From Okeania sp. (GTDB lineage: Bacteria; Cyanobacteriota; Cyanobacteriia; Cyanobacteriales; Microcoleaceae), in NCBI RefSeq assembly GCF_035285525.1, contig NZ_JAYKGW010000102.1, positions 1-24,277 of the forward strand: a stretch of 24,277 nucleotides of DNA, given 5' to 3'. Shown here in pieces: positions 23,140-24,277 of this stretch; the first letter of the stretch is position 1; the number at the start of each line of letters is the position of its first letter. Made by a program: the position numbers and the translations under genes. A model generated the notes under the pieces. That model was not told the DNA's origin. It saw nothing but the letters and a program-made list of their open reading frames with translations, and searched no databases.

Positions 23140-24277
23140 TCCGGTTATATAGTATATGTATATGTATGTGACTAAGAATGGGTAGGCATCAAAGCAATGG
23201 GAAAGCGTTTGAGCATTAAAGAGCATATTTCTATACAAGAAATAGAGAAGCTTTATCGAGGCGCTAGAGATGTGGTAGAACGCTCTCAGTGGCAAATTAT
23301 CTGACTATTGGCCAAAGGTTCAAAGAGTGAAGAAGTAGCTACAGTGACAGGGTATGGCTGGCAATGGTAAGAAGCGATCGCCCAAGGTTTTCACAAAGGA
23401 GGGCCAGCAGCGATTGGAGATGGTCGTCACCAGAACCAGGGAGCCAAATCCTTGCTAGATGAGCAACAGCAAGCTCTACTGGTACAAGTTTTAGAAGGAG
23501 AACCTCCTGGTGGAGGCAGATGGAGTAGCCCAAAAGTGGCGCTATGGATGAGTGAGTTGCTGGGACGTTCGGTCTCTCCACAGGGAGGATGGGAGTATCT
23601 AAGGGGGCTAGAATATAAGATTAAAGTTCCTCGTCCATCTCATGCTTGAGCTTCTGAGTTAGAACACGAAGAATGGAAAAAAAAACTTCAACAGCGACTT
23701 CAAGAATTAGAAATCAAACTAGGTAAACCTGTACGTCTGTGGACTATGGATGAACATCGTATAGGACTTAAACCTGTAATTCGTAGAGATTGGTTCCCCT
23801 GGTGGGAAGTACCTATAGCTCCAGTTTATTGGAGATTTGAGTGGTGTTGGGTGTATGGGTTTGTTGAACCTAGTAGTGGAGAAAGTGAATGGTGGCTGTT
23901 TGACCGAGTGGAAACACAAATAATGAGTCTGATTCTCGAAGCTTTCGCTCAAGCCCAGGGAATTAATCAGGATCATCCAGCATTACTGGTACTGGATAGA
24001 GCTCGATGGCAGATCACAGATAAGTTAGAAATCCCGCCGTCGCCGTGTTTTTTAGAGTTCTTACCTGCTCCCGCCTCCTGAACTACAGCCTGCCGAGAGG
24101 TTATGACCATTACTAGACGAATCAATTATGAATAAAGTTTTTGATTCTTTAGAACAACTGAAACAAGTAATCTGCGATCGCTGTTGTCAGCTAGTCAAAC
24201 AACCAGAAATATTGCGGGCGATCACTCAATTCCACTGGTGGCCGTCAACCATTATTTGCAATGTCTAATTAACCGGA
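23140..24277 (+). mobile_element. IS630-family element inserted into the IS4 copy; reaches the window edge
   Basis: Left end tccggttatatag (23140-) and the reverse complement of the right end tccggttaattag (24277-) share TCCGGTTA..TAG. The interior encodes an IS630-type transposase and is visibly more GC-rich than the flanks. Confidence 0.7.
23197..24268 (+). pseudogene. IS630-family transposase pseudogene
   Basis: MGKRLSIKEH..ERSQWQII, LLDEQQQALLVQVLEGEPPGGGRWSSPKVALWM, MDEHRIGLKPV..WCWVYGFVEP, LVLDRARWQ, ELQPAERL, ITQFHWWPS. In-frame stops at 23302-23304 (TGA), 23368-23370 (TAA) and 23647-23649 (TGA), a frameshift near 24076-24080, and TGA at 24104-24106. Confidence 0.85.

Noticed and set aside
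21984-23976. Track ORFs 21984..22166, 22432..22614, 22741..22998, 23083..23295, 23339..23581 and 23719..23976
   Set aside because: All lie antisense to, or in alternative frames of, the WYL gene or the IS4/IS630 transposase frames, which carry clear family motifs.

Overview
AT-rich chromosomal segment, apparently from a filamentous heterocyst-type (Nostocales-like) cyanobacterium. Evidence: many HIP1 octamers (GCGATCGC) inside genes, STRR-like heptamer arrays, and a one-piece tmRNA whose tag (ANNIVPFARKQVAVA) resembles the Anabaena/Nostoc tag as I remember it. No searches were run; every product call rests on motifs I recognise in the translations.

Gene content is mostly housekeeping:
- a partial TPR + GT9-like two-module protein (missing from the ORF track because it runs off the left edge)
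- ssrA/tmRNA
- a membrane Hanks Ser/Thr kinase
- an LpxB-related glycosyltransferase
- a large TPR protein
- a Mo-nitrogenase-C-domain small protein
- purQ and purS
- a Fur-family regulator
- an NfeD-SPFH pair
- a membrane PP2C phosphatase with an N-terminal zinc ribbon
- the ferredoxin-thioredoxin reductase variable chain
- radC
- a wHTH-WYL-WCX regulator
- an IS4-like transposase pseudogene truncated by a decayed IS630-like element at the right edge

By my coordinates about 30% of the window is non-coding. Almost all of that is a mosaic of at least eight families of short dispersed or palindromic repeats:
- GGACTTACGCA-ended hairpin elements
- TAGGGYTGGCTGA-ended MITE-like elements
- a GTGTCATCAATTA-ended MITE
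- CTGATAA heptamer arrays
- TTGACAAAA promoter-like modules
- GGGG/CCCC hairpins
- GGGAGTAGG and GGGAATAGGGAAC motifs

I see no convincing multi-gene novel system. The best leads:
1. a repeat module that supplies the 5' leader and apparently the ATG of three genes
2. a 1.95-kb ORF-free region packed with long-hairpin elements
3. a 2 x 141-nt tandem unit with a promoter-plus-hairpin layout (candidate sRNA array)
4. conserved promoter-plus-hairpin mini-units
5. an orphan WYL regulator beside IS scars, whose partner locus may lie beyond the right edge
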